Origin: Eledone cirrhosa
Taxonomy: Eukaryota
Assembly: GCA_964016885.1 (NCBI GenBank)
Contig: OZ024741.1
Location: 83,762,001-83,826,000, forward strand
Direction: 5' to 3'
DNA length: 64,000 nt
Shown: piece by piece, positions 32,674-48,399 of the stretch
Layout of the letters: every line of letters starts with the position of its first letter
Numbering within the stretch: the first letter of the stretch is position 1
Program-made: the position numbers and the translations under genes
Notes under the pieces: generated by a model
What the model was told of the DNA's origin: nothing
Database searches by the model: none
Seen by the model: the letters and a program-made list of their open reading frames with translations, nothing else

Positions 32674-32832
32674 CGAAGGAAATGTGGTAAGGAACCAGTT
32701 GGACCATAACGCACCAAAGTACTCAATACTGGGTAGTAGAGTGGGTAATAGGAACGAGTAGGACCCCGACATTTTTAGTCCAGAATTAGCCTTCGAAACG
32801 GCTTGAGCTCAGCCGTCGGGGTCCTACTCGTT

Positions 32833-32836
<4 letters not shown>
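32673..32836 (-). mobile_element. Short fold-back copy of family A terminus
   Basis: AACGAAGGAAATGTGGTAAGGAACCAG...; TAGGAACGAGTAGGACCCCGAC is mirrored by GTCGGGGTCCTACTCGTTCCTA. It sits inside (TA)n. Confidence 0.7.
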
Positions 32837-32874
<38 letters not shown>

Positions 32875-33419
32875 TGTATATATACACATTGAATGCAGTT
32901 TGCGTCCGGTGCTATGTGTATATTTTCCAATATTGACATATTGGGAATGACTATCGAGTTATTTGATTTCTGGTTTTACAAAAAGGTGTTAATAAGCGGT
33001 GTTAATTCAATGTGTTAGTAACAGAAATTATAACAGATATTGATAACAAGTTTTAATTAAAGGTGCTAATAACAGATATTAATACAAGGCGCTAATAATA
33101 GATCTTAATTTCAGGTGTTAATAGCAGGTGCTAATAACAGTTGATATCATATTGATGACTTTGGAGTTTCCTTTAGAAACGGATATTGGATGATTTGACT
33201 ATAGTAATTGTTAAAATTATACATATCTCATTGAACAAAATAAGTAAGTAAAATATTTTAATTAACTATGCAATATTCTCGTCATAATATATAAAAACAT
33301 AAGATATAGTTTGAAAATATGTGTGCTAATTTTTTGAAATTGATATCTCATGCTACTAAGATCATTAAAGTAAATAGAGTACTAACATTATTTCTAATTT
33401 AGGTACAATACTATATATG

Positions 33420-35127
<1,708 letters not shown>

Positions 35128-35271
35128 GAAACGCGTTTAGATCTATCTATTGAAAGGGCCGGAGCTAAGCCGTTGGAGTCTTGACTCTTTCCCTATTACC
35201 AACTCTCGAGTACTCTGGTGCGTTATGGTCCACCTGGTTTCTAGCCACACTTCCTTCTTTATATATATATA

Positions 35272-35320
<49 letters not shown>

Positions 35321-35344
35321 CCGTGCGCGTATGTGTGTGTACGT

Positions 35345-35495
35345 GTTACGGCCCTTTATGGACCGATTTCGAATCCCGCCGAGGTTAACTTTGCCTTTCA
35401 TCTTTACGGGGTCGATAAAATAAAGTCGATAAAATAAATACACTGGGATAATTGCTGGCCTTGTGCCAAATGTAGAAACAACTATTATAAACAAT
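35345..35495 (+). mobile_element. tRNA-derived SINE (Meta-domain-like)
   Basis: TTCGAATCCCGCCGAGGTTAACTTTGCCTTTCATC..GGGGTCGATAAAATAAAG..GCTGGCCTTGTGCCAAA. Confidence 0.8.
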
Positions 35496-35683
35496 GATGG
35501 AATACACTAAGAATATAAGGCGTTTTACCCCAGTATGCTTTGACATATTCTTTATGCGGACAGATTCCGACGAATGGCCATCTGACTATACAGAAGCTTA
35601 CATGTTTCCATAGAATCTTACGAGAAATCCAAGTTTCTTCATCGCAGGCCACAAAGCCTCAATTTTATGGAGCGAAAATATTT

Positions 35684-35798
<115 letters not shown>

Positions 35799-35974
35799 GG
35801 CGCCTTGGGATAACATTATTATTTCAGCACAGGGCATATAAAAAATCAAAATAACAGAAGGAAGCTTCATTCCATCGTTATGGTTTTCCATTTTTTTTCT
35901 GTTCAATTTCTATTTATTTCATGAGGCCATAGCTGTTGTATAACTGTTATCACTGACATATAAATACACTTCTT

Positions 35975-36039
<65 letters not shown>

Positions 36040-36573
36040 TCTAAACTATAATAAAGGGAGAAGCGCAGGACTGCATACGGTTTATAATTTGTTATCCCAT
36101 TAGTAAAATATGTTGGATTATTTTGAATAAATAATGAATGAATATTACATAATTTATCTACTAAATTTCGTGGCTGTTCATTAAATATATTTTATTATTT
36201 ATTTAAAGATTCACTTCTTTAAAATTTTCAAATGTGAACAGTTCCGGTGGCGATCGCTTAAATAAACATATTAATTTTCTGTCACTAATTTACTCCTAAT
36301 GCAGTTTATATATAATATCGTCTTGTTTTAATGTATCATGGATTACGTTACTGATTACATAAGAGCCTGTAATACATTCTTCATTCAATTTCTGTGTATG
36401 TTGTCAATTACGATTTGTTAAGACTTCAATATGTTTATTCATTGGACACGCGCGTTTCGCTATTGGTCAGCGCAAGGTTCGGTCTGTATCGATCTGGCCG
36501 ACTCTGGAATCAAAAATCGTCGGTTTTAGTAATGACAGAATGAATATATATATATATGAATATATATATAAAT

Positions 36574-36618
<45 letters not shown>

Positions 36619-36665
36619 TAATGAAAAAGAACAAAGGAACTATTATGACATTACAACAAGTTTAT

Positions 36666-36712
36666 TGCCGACAGCCGTTTCGTCCGACCATATGGTGGGA
36701 CTTTTCAAGGCA
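36666..36712 (-). ncRNA. Minimal type I hammerhead ribozyme, U3:A8 variant core
   Basis: UGCC-UUGAAAA-GUCC(caccauaugguc)GGAC-GAAA-CGGCUG-UC-GGCA. All stems pair and the triplet is GUC. Confidence 0.8.
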
Positions 36713-37074
36713 TATAACATGTGATTGTAAGTTAATTATTTACATCAACGTTTCACTCAAGATTAGCAGTTTGAAATTATGGTATATATTAGCAGCTCCG
36801 CTTGTATATTTGGGGTCTATATTCTAAGGGGCACTTTTATATTTGTTGTCGGAGTTGTAAAAGGGTTGGGTTATGGGGAGTTAAGAAAATTTGAAGAGGG
36901 CCTAAGAGTCAGCGATTGAAGGTTAAAAATTAGATAATTTATAATCTACGCATTAAAAGTAAAGGACTTGGGACCTCGTAGAAGCACCTTAAAAAATCCC
37001 TCAATAAGTGCATAAAGCTTATAAGCCCCAATAAACCCCAATAAACCAATAAACCAGAAGAGATTAAGAGACTA

Positions 37075-37250
37075 AAAAATAAAAAAATAAAAAAATAAAA
37101 AAATAAAAAAATAAAAAAATAAAAAAATAAAAAAATAAAAAAATAAAAAAATAAAAAAATAAAAAAATAAAAAAATAAAAAAATAAAAAAATAAAAAAAT
37201 AAAAAAATAAAAAAATAAAAAATAAAAAAATAAAAAAATAAAAAAATAAA
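37075..37250. repeat. (AAAAAAAT)n 8-bp repeat, about 22 copies
   Basis: Direct reading; it produces the FFYFFIFL pseudo-ORFs. Confidence 0.95.
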
Positions 37251-39414
37251 AATATAAAGTTTCCTAAAAAATTCCTTCGAGGGAAAAAAATTTTTTTCGA
37301 AAGAAAACAATTTTCTTCCCCAGAGATCACGTTAAAAAATTTCAGAAAATTTACGAAGTTTTGATAATCCCTACTAAGTTGAAAGAAACTAATCAATTAC
37401 AGGTTAATTCAAAAAGCCTTCAAAAAATCCCTCAGAAAAGGCCCCTTTAATATTTTTAATAAGAACCTCTCCCGAGAGGCCCTTCGAAGAATTAAAATTT
37501 TAGAGAGCCTTCAAGGATATATATAAACGAACTGAGGAAAATTATAAATTAAAAGTTAAAAATTACGGGATTTGGGATATCTGAGGAATTTTCAAAGGGC
37601 TGCTTCAACAGATAAAACTTAGGTATAATAGATAAAATAATTTAAGTAATTTAAGTAATTTAATTAGGGAGCAATTCAAAGAGCTTATCAAGTTGGGCAA
37701 GATTAAAGAAAATGATGAGTAAGAAAATACATAAGCAAAAAGACAATAATTATAAAATGTATTTTTAAGAAGGTATAAGGTAGCTTCAGTAATCTAATAA
37801 TGTACTATCAAAAAATTACCCATAAAATTATTAATACAGGATTAACAAAGACATGATAATATATTCCTGCCTAATTAAGAAATAATCAATAAACAATTAA
37901 CAGTCAAGCAAAATTAGTTCAGGGATAACCCGCGCTCGGATACTTTACACACATACAGCAACACATAGGATTAACAAAGACATAATGGTATATTCCTGCC
38001 TAATTAACAAACAATCAATAAACAATTGATAGTCAAGAAAATGTACTCAGGGATATCCCACCACGCACGGATACTTTACACACATACAGCAAGATGAACA
38101 ATACAGGTGACATTGTGGGTGCGATATCCATTGTGCGTATGTAGTCACAAGCATAGCTCCAGGCACAGTTGGTCTTGTTTAAAAGTTCAGAGTTCACGAA
38201 TCAACTGGGATTCACTATCAGCTGTGTGGACTCTCTGGGAAATGTACATGTGGATCAAATAGCTAGTGGTTGCTGGGTGTGGTCCGTTTAATCTTTTAGT
38301 TTCGGGGGTTGCACGCTTTTGCGATAGATCAGCCTGCCTGTTCTAAATCCAAGGTCTCGCTGCATAGGATGTATTGGTTTACATGCTATATTGGTAAAAA
38401 AACAGTGTGGATTTGACTGGGGTGGTATATTGCGTCTCTCGCTAATATCCCCTCCTCTCACGAACTCCAAGCACACACGCGACTGGTCAAATGCGAAGGG
38501 CTGTCCCCTCTTTGTTTGTTGTAGGGGTCGGTTCCAGCTTAGATGGTGGTCGTGTTATCCATATTCCGTCAGCCATGCATATTCAAGACAGATCAGGGTA
38601 TATATTTGCGGGTATGGTCCGGCGTCTACGCTATCCAAAGGGTCTCTCTTGTGGTATTTTCAAGTTCGCATGACATCTCCCGGTTAAGACTGTGCATGCT
38701 TCGATGAATCTCATGAATGGAATCTTGGGGTATCATATTACTCGGGGTGACTAGCAGAAAATATATATTCCATGCTATCGCGCACGCGCTGGCCTGTGGC
38801 TACGACCGTGTCCAGTCTCGGGTAGTAGCAGACAGCAGGTAGACCAGCTAGACTCACCCCTCCTCAAGGGGTACAACCCCTAACTTATCGAGTGGTCAGA
38901 CATCAAGGGAGTCAACTCTCCAAGCCCATTAAATCAACCGTGGTAATATACAAAAAATCCCTATTAATAAAGAACTAACTCATGAAAAGAACCACTAATA
39001 ATAAAGAAGAACTAACTCAAAGGAAGTGAATGGGGGAGAATGGGGAGGGGCATCTATTTGGGCGGGGATTTATTAGGGGGGAGGGGTTTATTGGTTATAG
39101 GCAGGGAGCCGCCGCCATATTGGGTGTTCTGTTACTGTTTCCTTAGGCAATTTGTTGACATACATCTCCGACGGCACCTCCCCCGATTTGTCAACGTGGG
39201 TCCAGCACTCACAATGACCCACACCGCAGGCATCAGCTGCCCCCAGGGTGCCCAGCAACAATGCTGCCACCAATCCCAGTTGACAGGGTCGACTGTTCCT
39301 CACCAGAGTCCCCATCGGCAATCGGGGAGCCGAGGCATCAATGCGGCCGGGGTTACTCAAGAGCACCCTATTCGCCAGCGGGGCAGCCATGTGCGGGACA
39401 GGGTGGGGTCAGGG

Positions 39415-39795
39415 CTATGTGTCTGGTCTGAAGAAAAAGAAAGAGCTAAGTATAGTATGGGGGCAGGACGAGAAGATTTCTGACCTCCTGTTGAGCAAGT
39501 TGAGCCCTGAGAATACTATGGCATGAGATTCAGTTAGGCACAGGCTACAAAACTTGCTCAACGAGCTATATGGAGGAGCTTTAGTAAGGCATATCCAACT
39601 TAGTGTGTTGGGGTTTTTTGTTTGTTTTAAGTTATGTATGTGCCCCGCTAACGACGTGGTATTTGTAAGCTTCTCATATCGGAAACTATGCTGGTGGGCG
39701 TTGAATCTCGTCTTGAACTGGTTAGCGGTTGACCCCACATGCGTCTTAGTATACGTGTCAGTGGTTACGTTACAAGCATATTTATATATATACAC
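39415..39795 (-). mobile_element. Penelope-like GIY-YIG endonuclease C-terminal fragment
   Basis: HVGSTANQFKTRFNAHQHSFR...TSLAGHIHNLK...LSW..LTKAPPY..CSLCLTE..LLNRRSEIFSSCPH is the typical PLE endonuclease tail. Confidence 0.85.
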
Positions 39796-40259
39796 GTTGG
39801 GAACGGATGAATTCCTAGATTAGAGGACTATAAGTCTAACGTTTGTAGGAAGGAACGACAATATGACACAATATGAGCAATTGTCACTAGAACTGGAGTA
39901 ATCGGAGATGTTCAGTTGGGATGTTATCAGTGTATACGTGATGGTGTTAAAACAAGTAGCAGATTAAATCTACCATCCATTATTAGATTTTTCCATATAG
40001 AATTGGATGGATTCTAAGAATAATTGAGTTTATATTTATGATTTAATATATAAAGGACAGAATTTGTACGAATGTATAAATAAAGTTTCGTAGATGGGGG
40101 AATCAAGGCAAACATTGTTCCCAGTAAAACATCATATTTTAATAAATTTTGTCTGTCTTGAATAAGAAAAAAGTATTTTCATCAGTTATGAATGGATGTA
40201 TAGATTAAATTTACAGAGCTACTTTTATATATGTATGCACGTATGCACACACACAGTCA

Positions 40260-40369
<110 letters not shown>

Positions 40370-41298
40370 CACACACATATATATATATAATAGTGTATGC
40401 GTTTATGTGTGCAATATATGCATCATTATATGAATATATAAGGCTATATAGAAAACATATCACAAATATAACACGACTGGAGTTTATATTTTCATATATG
40501 AACATGATGCTTAAGAAACGTTATATTATACATTATCCGAAAACATTAGAGAATCTATTTAATGTACAAATATGTCTTACATTGTACACAAAATATTTTG
40601 TAGTAGTAAATTCTACTGTGGCTGTGTAGTGTAGGATAGTCATTCAAGTGTTCATGAAACCAACTTAAATACACACCTCCAGCTTTACTGCAGCAAAATC
40701 TATGCTGAAATAAAATAAAACTACGGGAAACAGACCCAGAAATATGTCACAGGAAAAAACGCTGTACATATTTATATATTTTTTAAATTTTATATCCTGA
40801 TAGATATACATTTTCACTCTTTTATATACACTAATTCTTTATTGGTATTATATAAAAATTGGTAAATTCTCTACTACATATTCGAGTGACGATTTTCCTC
40901 CATTCAAATCCATGAAAAATTATTTTGGTTTTGTAGTTGTTATTGTTGTTGTGGTCCTCATTCTTTAGTTTCAGTTGAACACTAACGAGGGAAATTAATC
41001 GTGCTCACTTAACTTTGATAGGTTTCGGCCAGTACTGGCCCAGGCCATGTCTAACTTAATAGCGCCACATGGCTAGGGATTATTTGAAAAACTAAATTTG
41101 TAATTTGTGCTGAACAAGATAGAAATCACCCCAGTGGAGGTGAATGTGAGGCTGTTCTAATAAAAAATGTCCAGCATTTATGAGGAGTTACATTCAATTG
41201 TAACAAATGTAAGTTATAATGATAGATATTTGATACTAGGTTACTTCACGGCCAGAATTGTGTCAGATTTTGTATCCTAGGGAACTATTCTTTGCTTT

Positions 41299-41345
<47 letters not shown>

Positions 41346-41820
41346 AGATTTATATGGTAGTATGTTTGGGTGGTGGATGAGATGGAAATCATTTCAAGAG
41401 AGGTAAATTGAAGCATTATACGTTGGATATTATGGACGAAACCTGTAGATTACGGGGACTCCCGTTCCATCAGGAACATGTATTTATGGCTTGCATATCC
41501 ATTATACAACTTGTGATGGACTCTCCTCGAGACCCAGAAACCTATCGAAGATTTTTTCTCGATTTCTATCCATTGCTACCGACTCATGATGGTCCAGCTT
41601 AGACTTCGATCTTTTTGTATTTATCGCAGTTGTGCTATCAATATGGCCATATGCATTTGGTTGCTTTTCTTGCTGTGACACTTTCTCAACTTCGTATTCA
41701 CTCTGGACTAAATTTGATTAAATATTCGCATCATCAATTGCATTGTGAGTGCCTCAAAAAATTCAATTAGTACCTGCTATATTGGAGCTAAAACTTCGAT
41801 TTATACATCTTATATATATA

Positions 41821-42069
<249 letters not shown>

Positions 42070-42714
42070 CTGTGTGTGTGTATAAACAGCACTGTGTGTT
42101 TGTGTGTATTTTTGTGTGTGTGTGTATCAATGTCTGTGCCTGTGTGTGAGGTTGTTGTCAGACCACTGCTTTATTTACGACGGATGTTGTCTGACAATGA
42201 TATACTGGAATACAGTAGTTACGATTGACAATTTCTAATGGTTTATATATTCGAAAACTATACAAACACTAGAAATTAATGCAAAAATAAAAATATACTG
42301 AAAAGGTTTTAATTAAATCAGGTTTATATTTTCATACGTTTGATATTTTTTTTTTATTCCTAAATTTATACTTCAAATTATCATTGTTGATTATTGTTTT
42401 TTTATTATTTTATATTTTTAGATTTGTTTACTTAAGTAGATTTCTCAATGATAACAGACTGACTTTCAATTATCTAATTATGACTGACTAACAACAACGC
42501 TAGCTTTCTCAGTGTACTTCACATTTACACGTTTGCTGTGTTTACACATGTATTACTTTTCCTGAATATAAACTCGTTATTCTCCTCCTCCACTCTAAAT
42601 TCTATTGAACGAACAGTGTCCGAAACGTAAGACTTAATTCCAACCGTATACATTGTATTGTTCTCTTGTACTATTTTCCCTTGTCAAAATTTCTTACATC
42701 TATGTACCTCCTTG

Positions 42715-42757
<43 letters not shown>

Positions 42758-42766
42758 ACCTCCTTG

Positions 42767-42813
<47 letters not shown>

Positions 42814-43874
42814 GTATGTATAAATGTGCGTATTCACATGTGTGTGTTTGCATGTGTATGCGATACCTCTGAAACGTTTGATGGACTTCGTATGCAGTGA
42901 ATACCCAAAAATATATTTGTGTTTCCTCACGTCTTCAGAACGATGTTTAATGTCTAATAAGAGAATTTATAATTCTTTAATTTATTCAAATTACACTGGC
43001 CATTTCATAAAATGTCAGGTTTCTTTTACCAAGTTCTCGTATTGTTATCCAAGGAAGCAGTAACTCGGTGTGAATCATTTAATGTAATATCTTTATTATT
43101 CAGTCTGCGAAAAGGAGATGAAAAATGATCGTGTTCTTACAGTTTGACTTATAATTTGAAAGAAAGCTTTAGTTTTAATTATAGTAAATTTATGCCAGAT
43201 TGCTAACATTCACTATACTTTTCACACAGAATCATAATATGTGTTTGTGCATGATGTTGCCTTATTTCATGTCCCTTCAATTGTAAATGGTACTGATACC
43301 TAATTTGCGATTTACGCGAGTGTCCGTAGTCAATATTATGGAAAGAACTGACATGCCTACCTGTGATTAACCTGTTTTAGTAAATAACTAGGGAGACTAC
43401 ATGTTAAAGTGAACAGTTAACGCGCAAGCTAAAGTTTAGAAGACCAGGTAGACCGCATGCTAAAATGTTAATGACAAGCTATGCTAAAATGTTAATGTCG
43501 TGTAAATGGCACGTTGATCTGTAAATAACTTGATTTAATGCACCCTAAACTGTAAATGACCACGCAGACCGAACGTTAATTTAGAAACTCCGAGGCACAC
43601 CGTACGTTAAAGTATGAATAATGGGAAATAATGCATGCTGTGGAAAGTTGATTGCACTCCTAACTTATATCTGATTCTTTTTAGTATATATGTGTCAATT
43701 TACATACAATGAAATAAGAAATAAGAGAAAGTCTAAGAACACATAAACAAATAAGATACAAATTGAAAATTATTTAATGCAATATTTCTTAATGATGTTA
43801 CTCTTTTGTTGAAATGAACAAAACAACTAAAATATGTATCAACATGATAACATATACGACGTTATAACTGAATA

Positions 43875-44055
43875 AGGTTTCTACTTTTGTCACAAGGCCA
43901 GCTATTACCCAGTACATTACTGGTACTTTATTTTATCGACCCCGTAAGGATGAAAGGCAAAGTTAACATCGGCGGGATTTGAACTCAGACTGTAAAGGGA
44001 CGTAACTATGCTAGAAAGCATGGCGTCCAACCCTCTACCGATACTGCCAATTCAC
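43875..44055 (-). mobile_element. tRNA-derived SINE (Meta-domain-like)
   Basis: Close match to 11030-11210, including GAGTTCAAATCCCGCCGATGTTAACTTTGCC on the minus strand. Confidence 0.8.
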
Positions 44056-44239
44056 AATCCAACTAATGGTATCAAAAATAACTGAAATTTCTTAATTAAT
44101 ACACTCGCATGCTATATTTTATGTATTTGATTCGATTACATATATGCATGTTGTCTATTTCTCTTAATTATGACTTTAGTTTTGACTGGCTACCTCGCAT
44201 GGGGAAGGTCGTAAGGAAAAGTGTTCGTCGTCTTTGTGC

Positions 44240-45700
44240 AATCGTTCATTCATTGAGTCATAAGAACGTTTTACAGATTTTGAAGGTTCTAGATAGCACG
44301 GCCATTTGTAGCTTATGAATTAAGGAGCTGTGCCCTGTTTACACAAATCCAAATTAAGTCATACTTTGGTCCAGGCTAGTTGGTATATAGCCGTTATCTC
44401 AAATAAGAATATTTATGAAACCTAATGTGTATCTTGGTTACGAGATCTGCAAATTCCCCATGAATGGAACGTAGGTTTCCTCCTCTTTTTTCTTACGACA
44501 GTGACTTCGAGTGAGCAGCTGGCCTTTAAGTTACAGCATGTTTTGAATGTGTGACGCCAAATAACAATATTACGCCGGCTGTGCTTTAGTTTGTTGGTAG
44601 TTGTTATATCTAGATCTCATCATTATTCCTTTTGAGGCATCAGTCACAATATATTGCTCTCTATTTATTAGTATGTATGTATGTTCTTTTGGTTTCATTA
44701 TTTTATAAATTTTACCAATAGAGATAGAGCCAGTTACTAACATAAACAAGACTTTTTCATTTGAATTTAGACAATATCAACTAGGTAAATATGTCTGTAC
44801 GTCTGCATAAGTGCGTGTGCATGCGTGTGTGTGTGTGTGTGCGCGTGTATGCGGGTATAGATGCTATGTTATGCATGGATCCGTATCTTTTATGTGTACA
44901 CATGCATATTGTTTTATAACTATGCATGTGTATATTTACATATTACATGCAGATGTTTTGGAATGTTTTACATATTTTTACAGATCTGTTAATGGATTCT
45001 AGTTGTACCTTCCTAACTAGTCGTGTTTGTTGTGGTTCTGTGAAGCACAGCTTCTCACTATTTGTACTGAGGCAACTAGTAACATATCCCAGCGCCCTAA
45101 TGATCACATGTATAGATCTGAATGTATGGTCAAAATGGAGTATCTGCAGATTCTGAGCAGTTGACTTCCACTACTGTGCATGCCTTCTTCCCCCTGTTTG
45201 ATATCACTATATCTTTCCCAACTCTCACGATGGTATATTTCTCATGTATACAGACTTACTTAATAGATAGATTCCTACGCTTGGTGGGGCGTAGATGTTG
45301 TCGGGGGGATATGATGTGACACTCAGACACTGTCTGGACGGATGTTAGGCCTCTGTCTCCCTATTTACGTTTCAGGTAGAGGCTGATGGGGAAATATCCA
45401 GTGTTGTTTAGGATGTATGCATGTATGTAAGTTCTCTCTTTCTCTTAATTTTGATTTCATTTTTGAACGGCCACCTTTCTAGTGGCATGTTTGTAAAGAA
45501 TGGAAATTGTGGTCGTCATTTGTGTAAGCGATTATACTTTGAATTGCATGTGTTTTACAGATTTTGAAGGTTACCGATATTGCGGCCATTGGTAGCATAT
45601 AAATTAAGGAACGACATTCTTTCTCCACAAATCCAAATTCAGATATACTGTGGTCCACGCGTTTTGGACATAAGGCGCCAGTTACACCCATATAGGTGTG
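44240..45700 (-). mobile_element. Cluster of three R4/Dong-like 3' fragments (about 44240-44560, 44671-45385, 45412-45700)
   Basis: Each encodes a (F/V)KICK(T) C-terminus like the 22270-25060 element. 44671-45385 also retains its 3' UTR and LYLKRK.GDRGLTSVQ. Confidence 0.75.
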
Positions 45701-47011
45701 ATCTGTTACAAGATCGAAAAGTGGGTATTATCTTTAAAACACCCAAGAAATCTATTATGAAGAGCACCTCTTACAAAGGCAGTGAAATCTAGATAGTTAT
45801 GAGATATAACAATTACTACATTGTACAATTAAGAATCCCATCACTAAAAGACCGAAGCAACTTGTTATGCGATGCAACCACGCAAGGGGGAGGGGTAGCT
45901 AAAACAAATGTGAGATGTACATTTCAGTTTGTTTCCTTTCGCCCAGTTGTAGGTGTATTTAACCTACTGTTGTATTCGTGTATTTAACATCACGGAGGCT
46001 TTCTCCATCTATAACAACCGAAATACTTTATGAGACAGGCGGTTTCCCCAATAAACGAAACACATCAAACAAACGTCTCCCTATTTTATCAAGGAATTAA
46101 CTTTGATATAAAGTGAGCTTGATAGAAAGGTAAAACAAACTTATCTATGAAAGTGATAGCTGTCAGATACTTCTGATTAAATCTGTCTTTAAGATTTCCT
46201 TGGTGTATTTCCTCAAAATGGATATTGGAGTTTGTTCCAATCTATCTAGGGATTTGTCAGCTCTGTTGACTGATGTAAAGATTTATGCTCAGCAGCTCAA
46301 GTAGGAGAAAACTTTTAAATAGGAGGGAAAGAAGATCAATAGTGATCAGCCATTGTAGACTAGTTGTTGGAATATATTGAGATTTTTGTTATTAATGCAA
46401 ATAATTTAGCTAATAGATCTCTTATAGATTTCTCTATCAATTGTCAAACCGCTTGTTCATTTAATATTTTCTATAGTGTCTATAGTTATTCATAGTCCTT
46501 TTTCTTCTTCCCCCTTCCCCTTTCATTAATTCATTCCTTGCTTTCGTTCTGTCTTCGATCGATTTATATTTCCAATGTGTTTGAGTGCTTCTACACATCA
46601 ACACTGAAACACACAAACACGACACCCTACCAACAAGAATATACATAAACATAGAACACACATAGGCATATAAATTAATATGCAGACAGACAAATACGCA
46701 ACCATATATTTACATGCATAATTACACACCATAATTACACACCACTACACACATTCACACATACAAAAATCAAAGAACATGCTAAGAGACACACACACAC
46801 ACACAGACACACAGATACAAACTCACTATATTAAATGTCTTTTATTTACTTATATCTAAGATTCATAACTGAGAAACTGTGATAATCCTCGAATCAAATC
46901 AAAGATACTGAATCAATACTATATATACATATCTATATATCTATATGTAGGTGTGTGTGCATATGTGTGTGTGTATATGTGTGTGTGTGTGCGTGTGTGG
47001 GTGTGGGTGTA

Positions 47012-47042
<31 letters not shown>

Positions 47043-47766
47043 ATGTGTGTGTGTGTGTGTATATACCCAATTATATAGGCGTGTACAATGCAAGTATTTC
47101 TCATTCTTAATCTAATATGTTTGAAAATAAGACCGTGTATCAATGGGTGAAATGTTTTGATCACAGGCTTTCTCGACTTAAGTTGGCAATGGTGTTAATC
47201 AACGGCATCGTGCCGGCAGATCCTGCAGACAGAGACCGCTGTCGTTAGATAACAACTATTTCGTTCTATTTTCATCATTGTATTTATATTTGATTTCAAA
47301 ATTGGTAGATTTTGAATTCCTCAATGTCATTACTTAGTTAATTGATGATTAATTGTTGCAAATGATGAAGATTACCATAATTACATTTAAATTGATTGGT
47401 CGATTATGTGATGCAACTCTTATTGTGACATTTCTGGCATATCTTCAATAATACCAAAAGTGGCAATCGACTGTATATTATCAGAAAACTTGTACCATAT
47501 ACAGCTTAGTGTGATCACAACATATGAAAGTGGCTTACTGTTTACACAAGTGCATAATGCTTCATAATGGGGAGAGTATCGTATGCATATCAGATAGAAT
47601 GATTTGCAGCATCAGTCCCAGCTACCCCACTCTGATTTTAAATGCAGCCAAACTCGACGTTGCATATTCTATTTTTGAGGTAGATAAATATAGTGCCAGT
47701 TCATTGCTACCGTTAATTCCTCTTCCATCTCTTTTCCCTCCTCTCTCTCTATTTCCTATTTTTCAG

Positions 47767-47900
47767 AAAGAAGACAGCTGCGTTAAGACACGGAGACTGA
47801 TAGGCTCAGTCTGTTGGAAAGAGACGCGGCCGCGACAAAGACCCTGAAGCTCCACCATGAATTCAGTACCGATGAATGAATCGATAGATATTAGAATCCA
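47767..47900 (+). other. Possible exon (unverified)
   Basis: A long polypyrimidine tract ends in TTTCAG at 47766. The body is GC-richer with CCACCATG at 47857, and a GTGAGA donor-like site starts at 47901. Confidence 0.25.
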
Positions 47901-48399
47901 GTGAGATAAGCGTTAGATGGTTGTTTTGCATACTTGACAGCAACCTCAAATAGCAGCTAATCTCCAAAATACTGTCTAAAATATGAAGGCTATAGTAGAT
48001 ACATAACTATAGCTTGTAGACCCCCAATGGAGACCCATGTGTACTTTTGCTATATACGATATCTCTATGGCCTTTAGGCTCTACAAAGCCTACCCTGCCC
48101 CGTGACTGAGCATTTTTGCAAAAAGAATATAACAAGGGTAAATATGTAAAGAGAGATAGATGAAGCATCCACACCAGTATTAGATTGGTTCTTTCTCTAT
48201 TCACCTTGAAATAAGGAAAGGCAAAGTTGACATCGGCGGGATATGAACTTCCTGTGCTGAGAGGCGAACGGTGTATTGTTAACCCTTTTATCAGAGGTTC
48301 TAATAAGTAAACCAATTCGCTGCCTTGGTTATAAATACGATTTAGGCAACACAAGTTGGCCTGATCAAAGCTGGAATTCATGTAATTATAGCCTTGCTA

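Noticed and set aside
32985-33145. Degenerate ~15-bp AGGTGTTAATAA repeats (a similar decayed repeat lies at 43380-43610)
   Set aside because: An old minisatellite with no spacer structure or other supporting signal.
36939-37396. Phe-rich membrane-like ORFs
   Set aside because: Translation of the (AAAAAAAT)n repeat.
42560-42945. Partial HHR-like strings (GTCCGAAACGTAAGA; CTGAAGA on minus)
   Set aside because: The two core halves could not be assembled into a complete fold on one strand.
45990-46320. Possible CR1/Jockey RT relic on minus (SISVVIDGES)
   Set aside because: Only one short motif is recognisable, too weak to list as a feature.
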